From: Bacteroides fragilis
GTDB taxonomy: Bacteria; Bacteroidota; Bacteroidia; Bacteroidales; DTGW01
NCBI GenBank assembly: GCA_945889005.1
Contig: CAMDBI010000003.1
Location: 71,814 to 135,813, forward strand
Reading direction: 5' to 3'
Length of the DNA: 64,000 nucleotides
Of this stretch, positions 9,381 through 19,936 are shown piece after piece; position 1 is the first letter of the stretch, and every line of letters begins with the position of its first letter. Made by a program: the position numbers and the translations under genes. Below the pieces are notes generated by a model that had not been told where the DNA came from, did not search any database, and saw nothing but the letters and a program-made list of their open reading frames with translations.

Positions 9381-10578
9381 CGAATTGGTTAAACCCATTA
9401 AAGAAAAAGTTTTTTCTCCTTCTCGCACTGTTTGGAGAACACAAATGGGGAAAGGCGTTTACACTCCGCATAGGGTTAGTCGTATTACTTGTATTGTAAA
9501 TCAATTGTTAGCAAATAATGTTATTGATTTTTTGAAAAAAATAGAAGTTGTAGTTTACGATGAAACCGCTAGGGTTGTTAGAGAACAAATTAGGAAACGT
9601 AAATTTGGTTTGCCTGGCGAAATTAATACCCTCGAAAGTACTTCAGTTAGAATTTTCAGATTCTCTATTCCAAGAGAAAACGCAGCATTAATTACAAAAA
9701 TATTGATAGATATTGCTGAATTACACATACCTGGTAGAGGTTCAATTTTTTCGCAGGAATTAATGGAATTCTCAAATGAACCTCCAAAATTTAATGCCAG
9801 CTTTTTAAGCACCTATTCGTCTGTCAATTACAATTATAACTTGTTAAATAATTTGTCGTATGTTATTTGTGTGCTTTCAGACCCGGGAAGTGGTGAACAA
9901 ATTGCAAAAATTGCACTCGAATTGGGAATTTGTGTTCCATTAATAACATTTGGCACTGGAAACGATATTAGAGATCAGTTAGGTTTGATTCGAATAACAA
10001 TTCCGGCAGAAAAAGAAATTGTTCATTTAGTTATGCCCGAGCAAGATTCCGATAGTATTATTAAACTATTGGTCGAGCACGGTAGACTCGACAAACCCGG
10101 GAAAGGTTTTATTTATCAAACGCCTGTTTCTATCGGTATGATTGATACCAGAATGAAAATTGGAAAACAAAAATATGCAGCAAGTATGGAACAAATTATT
10201 GCAGCCATAGACCAATTAAAATCCGATACAACATGGCGTAAACGTTTAGATGCGAACTCAGATAATTCGAAAATTGGAAAATCAATGATGCCACAAGACA
10301 ATTGCGAAGTTTCAATTATATCCGATGAAGATAGGATTGACGTTTTGAGAGAAACTTGTTTAGAGGTAGGAGCATCGGGAGCAATAACTTCAAAAGTAAT
10401 TCCCATTTCTTGTATTGACGGTGCACATACAACCATGATAAGAAGTGCTATTAGTGTACCTGCTCAAATTACCGATATAGTGGTCGACAAGTTGCTGAAT
10501 GCCAGTACTATAAAAACCGAAAACGTGGATCGAATTCAAGTTCTCGACTCTCCCGCTGCTTATGTTCGATCGTTATAA
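9373..10578 (+). CDS. Multi-domain P-II-like (GlnB-fold) protein, probable partner of the DUF1538 protein
   Basis: Three consecutive segments of about 100-120 aa have a beta-alpha-beta...beta-alpha-beta pattern. The first two end in GRGSIFSQEL and GKGFIYQTPV, which resemble the P-II GDGKIFV motif. ATG 9373 overlaps the upstream stop (ATGGATAG). Confidence 0.55.
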   Translation: MDSELVKPIKEKVFSPSRTVWRTQMGKGVYTPHRVSRITCIVNQLLANNVIDFLKKIEVVVYDETARVVREQIRKRKFGLPGEINTLESTSVRIFRFSIPRENAALITKILIDIAELHIPGRGSIFSQELMEFSNEPPKFNASFLSTYSSVNYNYNLLNNLSYVICVLSDPGSGEQIAKIALELGICVPLITFGTGNDIRDQLGLIRITIPAEKEIVHLVMPEQDSDSIIKLLVEHGRLDKPGKGFIYQTPVSIGMIDTRMKIGKQKYAASMEQIIAAIDQLKSDTTWRKRLDANSDNSKIGKSMMPQDNCEVSIISDEDRIDVLRETCLEVGASGAITSKVIPISCIDGAHTTMIRSAISVPAQITDIVVDKLLNASTIKTENVDRIQVLDSPAAYVRSL

Positions 10579-10616
10579 AAAATAGTTGCTCTAAATTCAT
10601 TGGGTGTTACGGTACT

Positions 10617-10975
10617 AAAATAACCCTTGTTGCTATAGCACTTATTATAGGTTTTTCAAATATGCAGGCTCAGGGGGGTTGAAAGTATAAGCCAATGGAC
10701 TAATGGAGCCACCAAAGCTAAAGTGGCAGGAATTGGACTTTCTAAAAAATTCTGTATCAAACAATTATGTTTATCCAAACCCTGTTGAAGACGTACTTAT
10801 GGTTAAAGGCGCAAATATTAGTTCAGTTACAATATTTGATGCATTGGGTTTACAAGTGTTGAAAACTGATGGCAAGGCTGCAGAAGGTATCAATGTTTCG
10901 GGATTAAAATCAGGCATGTATATGGTTAATGTTACGTCTAATAAGGGTACAACTACTACTACAGTAATTAAAAAA
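10617..10975 (+). pseudogene. Collapsed T9SS cargo gene: signal-peptide remnant plus C-terminal sorting domain only
   Basis: 10617-10679 encodes KITLVAIALIIGFSNMQAQG followed by a stop, with no ATG. In another frame, 10703-10975 encodes a typical T9SS CTD (YPNPVEDVLMV...SSVTIFDALGLQV...SGMYMVNVTS...TVIKK). No mature domain lies between them. Confidence 0.65.
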
Positions 10976-11349
10976 ATAATTATTTTTGGTAAGAACTTAA
11001 ATCGGGTAGACAGATTCATGAAATTAAGAAAAATCTGACACATTCTGAGCTTTTCATTCAGAATCTGACAGCTTATTTCAGAACTCAATGCCGTGAAGGA
11101 CGAATTTAGAGAGTATTTGCCTAAAGTCAATATGCCTGTAAAGAAATCGAATAAAAATTGAGGTAGCGATAATAAGAATAATAACCAAAATATAGTAGGT
11201 CAGATACTTAATGGCAATTTGTTTTATGAGATTTAAATAGAATATCACCAAATAATATATATAAATAATTTAATTACATGTATTTATATATAATTTTATA
11301 AATAATATATAAAAAAGAATTTTAATTTTTATTTAATCTAAATAGTTTA

Positions 11350-11357
11350 TAAATTTG
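11350..11357 (+). promoter_or_regulatory. Candidate -7 box (TAAATTTG) for the cys leader / cysK transcript
   Basis: Matches TAnnTTTG, 18 nt upstream of the leader ATG. Confidence 0.4.
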
Positions 11358-11374
11358 TAAAAAACAAAATCACG

Positions 11375-11458
11375 ATGACTTTAAATTTGAACATATCATG
11401 CTGCTGTTGTTGTAATGTGAGCCACAAAAATGGAAGCAATGATTGTGTGAAAATGTAA
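11375..11458 (+). CDS. Cys-rich leader peptide (27 aa) upstream of cysK
   Basis: MTLNLNISCCCCCNVSHKNGSNDCVKM. Five consecutive Cys codons (TGC TGC TGT TGT TGT) lie at 11399-11413. Confidence 0.6.
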   Translation: MTLNLNISCCCCCNVSHKNGSNDCVKM

Positions 11459-11485
11459 TATTTTTTACCCACTCAATATAATCGA

Positions 11486-11513
11486 GCCCTTCCATAAGAA
11501 GGGCTTTTTTTTT
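11486..11513 (+). terminator. Intrinsic terminator / attenuator between the leader peptide and cysK
   Basis: GCCCTTC-CATAA-GAAGGGC followed by T9, 45 nt upstream of the cysK ATG. Confidence 0.7.
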
Positions 11514-11558
11514 ACCAAAAAAGAAAAAAAATAAATATAAATTCAAAAATTAAGCAAT

Positions 11559-12473
11559 ATGAAAGTAAACAACATTCTCCAAACCATCGGAAATACACCG
11601 CATGTAAAGATCAACAAACTCTATTCGTCCGATTATGAAGTATGGGTTAAATTGGAAAAAGCCAATCCTGGTTCAAGTATCAAAGACCGTATAGCCCTTT
11701 CGATGGTCGAAGATGCCGAAAAGAAAGGAATATTGAAACCCGGAAGTGTCATTATAGAGCCAACCTCGGGCAATACAGGTATAGGATTAGCCATGGTAGC
11801 AGCCGTTAAAGGCTATAAGCTTATATTGGTTATGCCCGAGTCGATGAGTATTGAACGTCGCCGATTGATGTCGATCTATGGTGCACAATTTGAACTTACT
11901 CCTCGCGAAAAAGGTATGAAAGGTGCCATTGAAAAAGCAAACGAATTGGCACAAGCTACTACAAACTCTTGGATTCCGCAGCAGTTCAATAACGAAGCAA
12001 ATATTGCTATACACAAAACAACAACAGCACAAGAAATAATAAAGGACTTCCCCGAAGGTTTAGATTATTTAATAACCGGTGTTGGAACTGGTGGGCACAT
12101 AACAGGAGTAGGTGAGGTATTGAAAGAAAAATGGCCAAATCTAAAGGTTTTTGCAGTAGAACCTGCTTTGTCGCCTGTTATTAGTGGTGGACAACCCGGC
12201 CCACACCCTATTCAAGGTATTGGTGCTGGTTTTGTACCCAACAACCTACACACAGCGGTTCTCGATGGAGTTATTCAAATTAGTAAAGAAGAAGCATTTG
12301 AGTATGCCAATCGTATAGCGCGCGAAGAAGGTATTTTGGTTGGTATTTCTACCGGTGCTTCGTTGGCTGCAGTAGCAAAGAAATTGACCGAAATCCCAAA
12401 AGGTAGTCGTGTGCTCACTTTCAACTACGACACCGGCGAACGTTATTTAAGCATCGAAGGTTTGTTTGCTTAG
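11559..12473 (+). CDS. cysK: Cysteine synthase A (O-acetylserine sulfhydrylase)
   Basis: 304 aa. PLP-enzyme motifs [24 protein letters not shown] and [10 protein letters not shown]. Confidence 0.93.
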   Translation: MKVNNILQTIGNTPHVKINKLYSSDYEVWVKLEKANPGSSIKDRIALSMVEDAEKKGILKPGSVIIEPTSGNTGIGLAMVAAVKGYKLILVMPESMSIERRRLMSIYGAQFELTPREKGMKGAIEKANELAQATTNSWIPQQFNNEANIAIHKTTTAQEIIKDFPEGLDYLITGVGTGGHITGVGEVLKEKWPNLKVFAVEPALSPVISGGQPGPHPIQGIGAGFVPNNLHTAVLDGVIQISKEEAFEYANRIAREEGILVGISTGASLAAVAKKLTEIPKGSRVLTFNYDTGERYLSIEGLFA

Positions 12474-12482
12474 TTTTTTTAA

Positions 12483-14528
12483 TTAGAACTCAACCGTCAG
12501 TCTGAAAACTATGTCGGACTGGCGGTTGCCTTTTATCTGGTTGAGACCTTCGCCAATAATATTTCTGTCAGCATATTGAGTAAGGCTATATCGAATGCCT
12601 AGCCCAATGTTTTTGCTCATGTTGGCTTTTGCCATTATATAAGTTCTAATTCCCTTGCCCGATAATGCCGGAAAAGAAAATGAATTTGAAATATTGTTTT
12701 CAAACGAGTAAATGGCTGAAAGAAAATCGTCGGTATCGAAAATTGAATAACGTGCTTCTAATTTAAGTTTATTATTAAGTGTGCCAACTGCCACATCATG
12801 TGCAATAAAAAAGCCTTTAGATTGTTCCGAATCGGAGCGATATAAGCTTGTTTCTATAATGTTTTTCATACAAATAAAATTTGATACTTTATATTGTAAC
12901 CCAAGTCGGTATTTTGTATTACTTACTTCTTGAATTGAATACATAGTGCCACTATTGCTTTGGTTTCGTTCTTTTGTTTTTGTTTTGAATCTGAGATACA
13001 AACCCAATGAACTGTTTACTTGGTAATCGGTTTGTACAAAATACTCGTGTCCACGCGATGGGCTGTTGACCCTGTATTTTATCCAAGGAAACATAAATAA
13101 GTCGCTGTATGCCTTTATTGAAAGTTTGCTGATGGGTGTATACTCAATTCCCGAAAACACCCCAAATTCATTCGTAGCAGTACTGTTTTCTGCAAAAGGC
13201 CTATTGTAGCGACTGTAATATTGGGGATTGAAATATCGCGATTGAAGCGCCAATTTTAAATTGTCGACAATGTCTATAGCCATATTGACGGTCGAAGCAA
13301 GCCCTCCCTGTTGCGAAAATGCTTGTTCACCCGACAAAAGAAACGATCGATATATAAACCGGCAATAAACACCTGTTGCAGAAGATTTTTGTCCTCTAAA
13401 TACTAAATTATTATAAGCATCGTCCGATTTCTGAAAATTTTGACTAAAAATACTGAGTGCACCAGTATTGCCAAAGGTGAAATTTTTTATTTTACCTGTA
13501 ATGTTATATCCGCTTGTAAATTCGTCAATTGAGCCTTTGTTGCTGAGACTCGACAGTGTATTGTGAATGCCAGAGACATTCAAAGAGTTGAAATAGCTGT
13601 CGTTAGTTGTACTGTCTAATTTGAGATTTGCATCCAATGCTTTATATGAGATGAATAAAGAAAAAGAAAATTCTTTATGAAAAGTTGTAATAGCCAATCC
13701 TCTTAAATAATTGTTTTCGGAACTTGATGTATACTGGTTTATGCCCTGATTCACTTTCGAAACAGAGCCAATAATCGACGATTTTCCCATCGAAAAGCCA
13801 TTCCACACAACAAGACCCTCTCCAAAATTTGCCATAAAATCGCCCAAAACTATTTTTTTAAACATTTTAAATTGATTGACTGCAACAAAACCACTCAAGA
13901 ATTCAAGATTATTGTTTGAAAGAAACTTTTCGCCCGCATCTTTTTCGAATGTTAAACCGGCTTCAATCTTATCGCGCCGATTAAATCTATATTTTGCGAG
14001 ATATTTCAATGGACTACCAATAAAACCCATATCGGTAGTGTCGTATATAGATTTGAATCCTTCTTTTGCTTCAATATTCGATACGGTTAAAAATAAAAGT
14101 TTAATTTTGCCTTTATTATATAGGTTCTTTATTTGTATGGTGTCAAAAAAATCGACAGGAGCAACAAAAAAGTAGGCTTCAATTTTTTGGGCAAGTTCTA
14201 GATTTATGCTTTTTACCGAGGCAAGTTCAAAAATACTTTTAAATTCATGGTTTTTTGTCCGATAATCGATTATGTCTTGGATTTGAATGGGCGACAAGAT
14301 GTACAGTCGCTCAAAATCTTCTCTCGAAGCGGTATTTAGATTAAAAGGCGAAGATGCTATTGATTCTAATGTTTCGTATAGTTCAGAGGCATTATCTTCT
14401 GTATTTTCGAGTATTTCATCGTTTTGAAGCAATGTTTCTGTACTTTCTTCCAAAATAGATATATTTTGAGCAAAACATTTGAAAATGCTAATATTTATTA
14501 ATAAGAAAAAAATAAAAAAATTTTTCAA
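12483..14528 (-). CDS. Helix-hairpin-helix (ComEA-like) domain protein with a large C-terminal beta-rich/barrel-like region
   Basis: 681 aa with a signal peptide. The N-terminal HhH-like segment is FNLNTASREDFERLYILSPIQIQDIIDYR. The rest is beta-strand-rich and ends in an aromatic residue (..LTVEF). Confidence 0.55.
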   Translation of the reverse strand: MKNFFIFFLLINISIFKCFAQNISILEESTETLLQNDEILENTEDNASELYETLESIASSPFNLNTASREDFERLYILSPIQIQDIIDYRTKNHEFKSIFELASVKSINLELAQKIEAYFFVAPVDFFDTIQIKNLYNKGKIKLLFLTVSNIEAKEGFKSIYDTTDMGFIGSPLKYLAKYRFNRRDKIEAGLTFEKDAGEKFLSNNNLEFLSGFVAVNQFKMFKKIVLGDFMANFGEGLVVWNGFSMGKSSIIGSVSKVNQGINQYTSSSENNYLRGLAITTFHKEFSFSLFISYKALDANLKLDSTTNDSYFNSLNVSGIHNTLSSLSNKGSIDEFTSGYNITGKIKNFTFGNTGALSIFSQNFQKSDDAYNNLVFRGQKSSATGVYCRFIYRSFLLSGEQAFSQQGGLASTVNMAIDIVDNLKLALQSRYFNPQYYSRYNRPFAENSTATNEFGVFSGIEYTPISKLSIKAYSDLFMFPWIKYRVNSPSRGHEYFVQTDYQVNSSLGLYLRFKTKTKERNQSNSGTMYSIQEVSNTKYRLGLQYKVSNFICMKNIIETSLYRSDSEQSKGFFIAHDVAVGTLNNKLKLEARYSIFDTDDFLSAIYSFENNISNSFSFPALSGKGIRTYIMAKANMSKNIGLGIRYSLTQYADRNIIGEGLNQIKGNRQSDIVFRLTVEF

Positions 14529-14624
14529 CGAAAAAAGCTTTAAAAAATTATATAAATATAATATTTTGGTGGTAAATTTATATTACGCAAAACTTAAGTT
14601 TTATCTAATTAAAATAAACTAGTA

Positions 14625-16043
14625 ATGAGCAAAGTTTTAATATTTATACTCGTAATATTAGCGAGTCTTCCAGTCGGTTTTTTAATTGTAAGATTGCGTT
14701 ATGGGCATACAATTATTACCAGGATGGCTTATAGTATTTTCATCACATCTATGATAGTATGTGTTTTGGGTTTTATGGTATCAGAGTTTGGTTTTATATC
14801 ATTAATTTGGTTGTGGCCTACTGCAATGTTAGCTATGCTGGCTAGTAATGCTTATTTCAAGCATGAGTTGCAAAATCCTTTAAAGAAATTGACCAAAAAC
14901 CTCGACGACTTGTCTATGGGTTCGCTCGAATTGGAAATAGATAAGAGTATTCTCAGTCGCAAAGATGAACTAGGTGAAATGACTAGATCACTCGATCGTT
15001 TGATTCACCAATTGAGTTTTGTGGTTTCAAAAATTCAAATGACATCCGATAATATTGCCGATGTTAGTGAAAAAATAAACTCTGATTCAAAAATAGTTTC
15101 ACAAGGTGCAAACGATCAGGCTGCATCGGTCGAAGAGGTTTCGTCGAGTATGGAACAAATGGTTGCCAATATTCAGCAAAATACCGACAATTCGCGTCAA
15201 ACCGAGAAAATTGCTATAGATTCGGCTCAAGGTATTCAGAAAGGAAAGATAGCAGTAGAAACTGCTACTCAATCGATGAAAGAAATAGCCGAAAAAATAT
15301 CAATAATTGGAGAAATTGCATTCCAAACCAATATATTGGCTTTGAACGCAGCAGTTGAAGCTGCTCGTGCAGGAGAACATGGTCGAGGCTTTGCAGTAGT
15401 AGCTGCAGAAGTTCGTAAATTAGCCGAAAGAAGTAAGGTTGCAGCAGATCAAATCAATCAACTTTCAGCAAATGGTGTTTCTATTTCCGATTCTGCTGCA
15501 AATCAACTCTCGGTTATTGCTCCCGAAATCGAAAAAACAGCTAAACTGGTTCAAGAAATTACATCTGCCAGCATCGAACAAAATTCTGGTTCAGAGCAAA
15601 TAAATAACGCTATTCAGCAGCTAAACCAGGCTACGCAGCAAAATGCGGCATCGAGCGAACAAATGGCTTTGAGTGCATCGCAACTTTATTTAGAGGTTGC
15701 CAATTTAAATGAATTTATTTCATTCTTTCAGGTAAAAAACTTAATACAAAAGAAGCGAACCTTTAGAAATGACCAAATCGAAAAAAGGAAGGCTAAAAAG
15801 GAATTTAAGTCTGAATTTGCATCGGAACCAAAGCATGAGGTAAAAACTATTGAACATAAAAAGGAACATGAGGATCCAAAAGTTGCTTATGAAATCAATA
15901 GTGAAGCAAAAACAATGCCGAGTGAAATAAAACACAATCAAACAACAACTGAAACCCGATCTAAATCAAGCGATAAAACAAGTGGTGTAAAGCTCAAAAT
16001 GTTCGACGACGAAAATAAAGACTCTGAATACGAAAATTTTTAA
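14625..16043 (+). CDS. Methyl-accepting chemotaxis protein (2 TM, HAMP, MA domain, long charged tail)
   Basis: Highly conserved MCP hairpin tip [41 protein letters not shown]. The C-terminal ~105 aa are low-complexity K/E-rich and end in DSEYENF. Confidence 0.9.
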   Translation: MSKVLIFILVILASLPVGFLIVRLRYGHTIITRMAYSIFITSMIVCVLGFMVSEFGFISLIWLWPTAMLAMLASNAYFKHELQNPLKKLTKNLDDLSMGSLELEIDKSILSRKDELGEMTRSLDRLIHQLSFVVSKIQMTSDNIADVSEKINSDSKIVSQGANDQAASVEEVSSSMEQMVANIQQNTDNSRQTEKIAIDSAQGIQKGKIAVETATQSMKEIAEKISIIGEIAFQTNILALNAAVEAARAGEHGRGFAVVAAEVRKLAERSKVAADQINQLSANGVSISDSAANQLSVIAPEIEKTAKLVQEITSASIEQNSGSEQINNAIQQLNQATQQNAASSEQMALSASQLYLEVANLNEFISFFQVKNLIQKKRTFRNDQIEKRKAKKEFKSEFASEPKHEVKTIEHKKEHEDPKVAYEINSEAKTMPSEIKHNQTTTETRSKSSDKTSGVKLKMFDDENKDSEYENF

Positions 16044-16066
16044 ATAAACAATTTGTCATCTCAGGA

Positions 16067-16092
16067 AGCACATAATTATTATGTGCTTTTTT
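16067..16092 (+). terminator. Intrinsic terminator after the MCP gene
   Basis: AGCACATAAT-T-ATTATGTGCT followed by T6. Confidence 0.65.
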
Positions 16093-16100
16093 GTTTTTAC

Positions 16101-16108
16101 TATATTTG
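16101..16108 (+). promoter_or_regulatory. Candidate -7 box (TATATTTG) for metH
   Basis: TAnnTTTG 19 nt upstream of ATG 16127. This argues against the 16091 start of the ORF track. Confidence 0.4.
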
Positions 16109-16126
16109 CATTTTTTAATTATTACG

Positions 16127-19100
16127 ATGAAAAAACCTGATATATTTTCAATACTGGAACAAAAAATTTTGGTACTAGATGGCGCTATGGGTACCATGAT
16201 TCAACGATTCAAACTTACAGAAACCGATTTTAGAGGTGTTCAGTTTGTCAATCACCCGCACGATTTGAAAGGCAACAACGATATTTTATCAATAACTCAA
16301 CCCGACAAAATTCGATCGATACACGAAGAGTATCTCGAAGCAGGTGCAGATATTATAAGTACCAACACGTTCAATTCTACTACAATATCGCAATCCGATT
16401 ATGGAATGGAAGCATACGTGTATGAAATAAATTATGCATCGGCAAAAGTTGCAAAAGAAGCTGCCGATAAATATACGCATTTAGATGTTACCAAACCAAG
16501 ATATGTTGCTGGTTCAATTGGGCCTACCAACAAAACAGCTTCAATGTCGCCCGAAGTTAATGATCCTGGTTTTAGGGCAATATCGTTCGATCAACTCAAA
16601 GAGGCTTATCTCGAGGAAGTTAGTGGCTTGCTCGATGGTGGAGCCGATTTGCTATTGGTTGAAACTATTTTTGATACTTTAAATGCCAAAGCAGCCCTGT
16701 TTGCGATTGAAGAAGAATTGGAATCGAGAGGAATATCAATGCCAGTAATGGTTTCGGGTACCATAACCGATGCTAGTGGTCGTACCCTTTCGGGTCAAAC
16801 TACCGAAGCATTTCTAAATTCGCTTTCTCATGTAAAACTATTAAGTATAGGTCTCAACTGCTCGTTGGGTGCTAAGGAAATGCGACCTTACATAGCAGAA
16901 TTGGCTCATAAAGCGCCTTTTTTTGTAAGTGCACATCCCAATGCCGGATTGCCCAATCAGTTTGGCGAGTACGACGAGTCGCCCGAACAAATGGGTTTGA
17001 ACATTCACGATTTTACACAACATCAGTTCCTCAATATTGTAGGTGGATGCTGTGGAACAACACCTGCACACATCAAGAAAATAGCCGAAACCGTCAAAGG
17101 GATGAAGCCACGCCCTCGTCCTGTTTTGGTTCCCGAAACAAAACTGAGTGGACTCGAAGCACTTACAATCAATAAAGCTAGTAATTTTATCAATATTGGC
17201 GAACGAACCAACGTGTCGGGTTCTAAGAAATTTGCACGCCTCATAAGAGAAGAAAAATACGACGAAGCACTTATGGTTGCTCGTACACAGGTCGAAAATG
17301 GAGCACAGGTAATTGATGTTAATATGGACGATGCCATGCTCGATGCCGAAAAGTGTATGGTGCGCTTTTTGCACTTGGTAGCTTCCGAACCCGATATTGC
17401 CCGTGTACCGGTTATGATCGATTCGTCCAAGTGGTCGGTAATCGAAGCTGGTCTCAAATGTGTGCAAGGTAAAGCCATTGTAAACTCGATAAGTTTGAAA
17501 GAGGGAGAAGCTAATTTTATTGATCAGGCAAACAAAGTTAAGCATTATGGAGCAGCCATGGTGGTTATGGCTTTCGACGAGAAAGGACAAGCCGATTCCC
17601 TCGAACGAAAAATTGAAATCTGCTCTAGAGCTTATAAATTACTTACTGAGAAAGTACAATTCAATCCGACCGATATTATTTTTGACCCCAATGTGTTGGC
17701 GATTGCTACTGGTATTGAAGAACACAATAATTATGGAGTCGATTTTATCAATACCATTAAATGGATTAAAGCCAATCTCCCGCATGCCAAGATTAGTGGA
17801 GGTATTAGCAATCTATCGTTCTCTTTTAGAGGAAACGACTATGTTAGGGAAGCCATTCACTCTGTATTTCTTTTTCATGCTATAAAAGAAGGGCTCGACA
17901 TGGGCATTGTCAATGCAGGTGCACTTGTTATATACGACGATATACCAAAAGACCTGCTCGAAAAGGTCGAAGATGTGGTGCTCAATCGCAGACCCGATGC
18001 AACTGAGCGTATGATCGATTTTGCAGAAAAGGTAAAGAATCAAGCCCAGAAAATCGAAGTTGTTGTAGACCAATGGCGCGGCAGTGTATTGGAAGAACGC
18101 TTAAAATATGCACTGGTAAAGGGTATTGCCGATTTTATCGAAATAGACATACAAGAGGCTATTGCCAAGTACCCCAAAGCCATAGAGATTATTGAAGGGC
18201 CACTTATGGACGGCATGAATGTAGTTGGCGATTTGTTTGGAGCCGGCAAAATGTTTCTTCCTCAGGTAGTGAAAAGTGCTCGAGTAATGAAAAAGGCTGT
18301 AGCAGAGCTTATGCCTGTTATCGAAGCTCAGAAAGCTCCTGGTTCTACAAGCTCTTATGCTGGGAAAATATTGCTGGCTACTGTCAAAGGCGATGTTCAC
18401 GATATCGGAAAAAATATTGTGAGTGTTGTGCTGGCTTGCAATAATTACGAGATTATTGACATGGGTGTAATGGTACCTACCGAAAAGATTTTGGAGGCTG
18501 CTCAACGCGAGAAAGTTGATATAGTTGGTTTGAGTGGTCTTATTACACCCTCGCTCGAAGAGATGACCAATGTGGCAAGTGAAATGGAGCGATTGAGTAT
18601 GACTATTCCTTTATTGGTAGGTGGTGCAACGACTTCGAAAATTCATACAGCCGTAAAAATATTGCCTTCATACAGTGGCGCAGTTATGCATGTTAAAGAT
18701 GCATCGAAGAGTGTATCTGTAGTTAGCAATTTGCTTTCGAAAGATAGGGATGCATTTATTGCAGCTTCGCGAAAGGAATACGACGATTTGCGAAATTCAT
18801 ATGCCGATTCGAAAGGAAAGCAGGCATATATCTCGCTCGAAGAGGCTCGAAAAAATAAGTTTAAGATTGATTGGAAAAGTGAACCTGTCGTAAAACCTGC
18901 ACAAATTGGACTTAAAGTTGTTAAAGACTATCCTATAGGCGAGATCCGTGAATATATTAGTTGGATTTTCTTCTTTATTGTATGGCAATTGAAAGGCAAG
19001 TATCCCGATATATTGAAAGACCCAAAACAAGGCGAAGAAGCTCAGAAGCTGTTTGCCGATGCCAACCGTATGCTCGACGAGATAGTCGGCAATAAGCTGT

Positions 19101-19801
19101 TAACTGCCAATGGTGTTTATGGAATAATGCCGGCAAACGCTGTAGGTGACGATATCGAGGTGTATGCCGACGAAAGCCGAAGTCAAGTAATCTATAAATT
19201 CTGCAATCTACGCAATCAGGTGTTGAAAGAAGATGGCGATGCAAACCTTTGCCTGTCAGACTTTGTTGCTCCTAAGGAAAGTGGCATTGCCGATTACTTA
19301 GGCGTGTTTGCCCTTACTGCAGGTATTGGAATTGAAAAGTTGATTGCCAAGTTCGAAAAAGATCACGACGACTACAACAGTATAATGGTAAAAGCTTTGG
19401 CCGACCGATTGGCAGAAGCTTTTACCGAATTGGTTCACGAAAAAGTACGTAAAGAGTTTTGGGGCTATGCCAAAGACGAAACACTTGATCTGGATTCGAT
19501 GATTCTTGAAAAATATCAGGGTATCCGTCCGGCACATGGCTACCCGGCTTGTCCAGACCATTCAGAGAAACGTACTTTGTTCAATTTATTACAGGGCGAA
19601 CAAAATACAGGTATTACACTTACCGAAAGCTATTCGATGTATCCTGCAGCTTCGGTTAGTGGGCTTATGTTTGCTCACAAGCGTGCCAAATACTTTTTTG
19701 TCGATAAAGTTTCGCGCGATCAGGTCGAAGATTATGCCCATAGAAAAGGCGTTTCCGTCCAACAGGTCGAAAAGTGGATTGCATCGAATTTGAATTATTA
19801 A
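16127..19801 (+). CDS. metH: Cobalamin-dependent methionine synthase
   Basis: About 1224 aa. It has Hcy-binding, pterin-binding, B12-binding ([11 protein letters not shown]) and AdoMet activation domains in canonical order. Confidence 0.95.
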   Translation: MKKPDIFSILEQKILVLDGAMGTMIQRFKLTETDFRGVQFVNHPHDLKGNNDILSITQPDKIRSIHEEYLEAGADIISTNTFNSTTISQSDYGMEAYVYEINYASAKVAKEAADKYTHLDVTKPRYVAGSIGPTNKTASMSPEVNDPGFRAISFDQLKEAYLEEVSGLLDGGADLLLVETIFDTLNAKAALFAIEEELESRGISMPVMVSGTITDASGRTLSGQTTEAFLNSLSHVKLLSIGLNCSLGAKEMRPYIAELAHKAPFFVSAHPNAGLPNQFGEYDESPEQMGLNIHDFTQHQFLNIVGGCCGTTPAHIKKIAETVKGMKPRPRPVLVPETKLSGLEALTINKASNFINIGERTNVSGSKKFARLIREEKYDEALMVARTQVENGAQVIDVNMDDAMLDAEKCMVRFLHLVASEPDIARVPVMIDSSKWSVIEAGLKCVQGKAIVNSISLKEGEANFIDQANKVKHYGAAMVVMAFDEKGQADSLERKIEICSRAYKLLTEKVQFNPTDIIFDPNVLAIATGIEEHNNYGVDFINTIKWIKANLPHAKISGGISNLSFSFRGNDYVREAIHSVFLFHAIKEGLDMGIVNAGALVIYDDIPKDLLEKVEDVVLNRRPDATERMIDFAEKVKNQAQKIEVVVDQWRGSVLEERLKYALVKGIADFIEIDIQEAIAKYPKAIEIIEGPLMDGMNVVGDLFGAGKMFLPQVVKSARVMKKAVAELMPVIEAQKAPGSTSSYAGKILLATVKGDVHDIGKNIVSVVLACNNYEIIDMGVMVPTEKILEAAQREKVDIVGLSGLITPSLEEMTNVASEMERLSMTIPLLVGGATTSKIHTAVKILPSYSGAVMHVKDASKSVSVVSNLLSKDRDAFIAASRKEYDDLRNSYADSKGKQAYISLEEARKNKFKIDWKSEPVVKPAQIGLKVVKDYPIGEIREYISWIFFFIVWQLKGKYPDILKDPKQGEEAQKLFADANRMLDEIVGNKLLTANGVYGIMPANAVGDDIEVYADESRSQVIYKFCNLRNQVLKEDGDANLCLSDFVAPKESGIADYLGVFALTAGIGIEKLIAKFEKDHDDYNSIMVKALADRLAEAFTELVHEKVRKEFWGYAKDETLDLDSMILEKYQGIRPAHGYPACPDHSEKRTLFNLLQGEQNTGITLTESYSMYPAASVSGLMFAHKRAKYFFVDKVSRDQVEDYAHRKGVSVQQVEKWIASNLNY

Positions 19802-19853
19802 TAAATGTGCAAATGACAAATTTGAAATTTTTCAAATAATTTAATAATAAACG

Positions 19854-19910
19854 CGAAGTCGCAAGACCGCTAAGATATTATTTGTTAATATTTAGTTCTT
19901 TGCGTCTTCG
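19854..19910 (+). terminator. Imperfect long hairpin downstream of metH
   Basis: CGAAGTCGCAAGA... pairs with ...TCTTTGCGTCTTCG, with mismatches and no clean T run. Confidence 0.35.
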
Positions 19911-19936
19911 TGTCTTTGCGTTCAATTTATTTTTAA

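Noticed and set aside
11200-11345. Extremely AT-rich stretch with repeated AATAATATATA words; considered as a replication-origin-like, CRISPR-leader-like or repeat element
   Set aside because: There are no DnaA-box-like 9-mers and no regularly spaced repeats. It is most simply the AT-rich promoter/UP region of the cys leader transcript.
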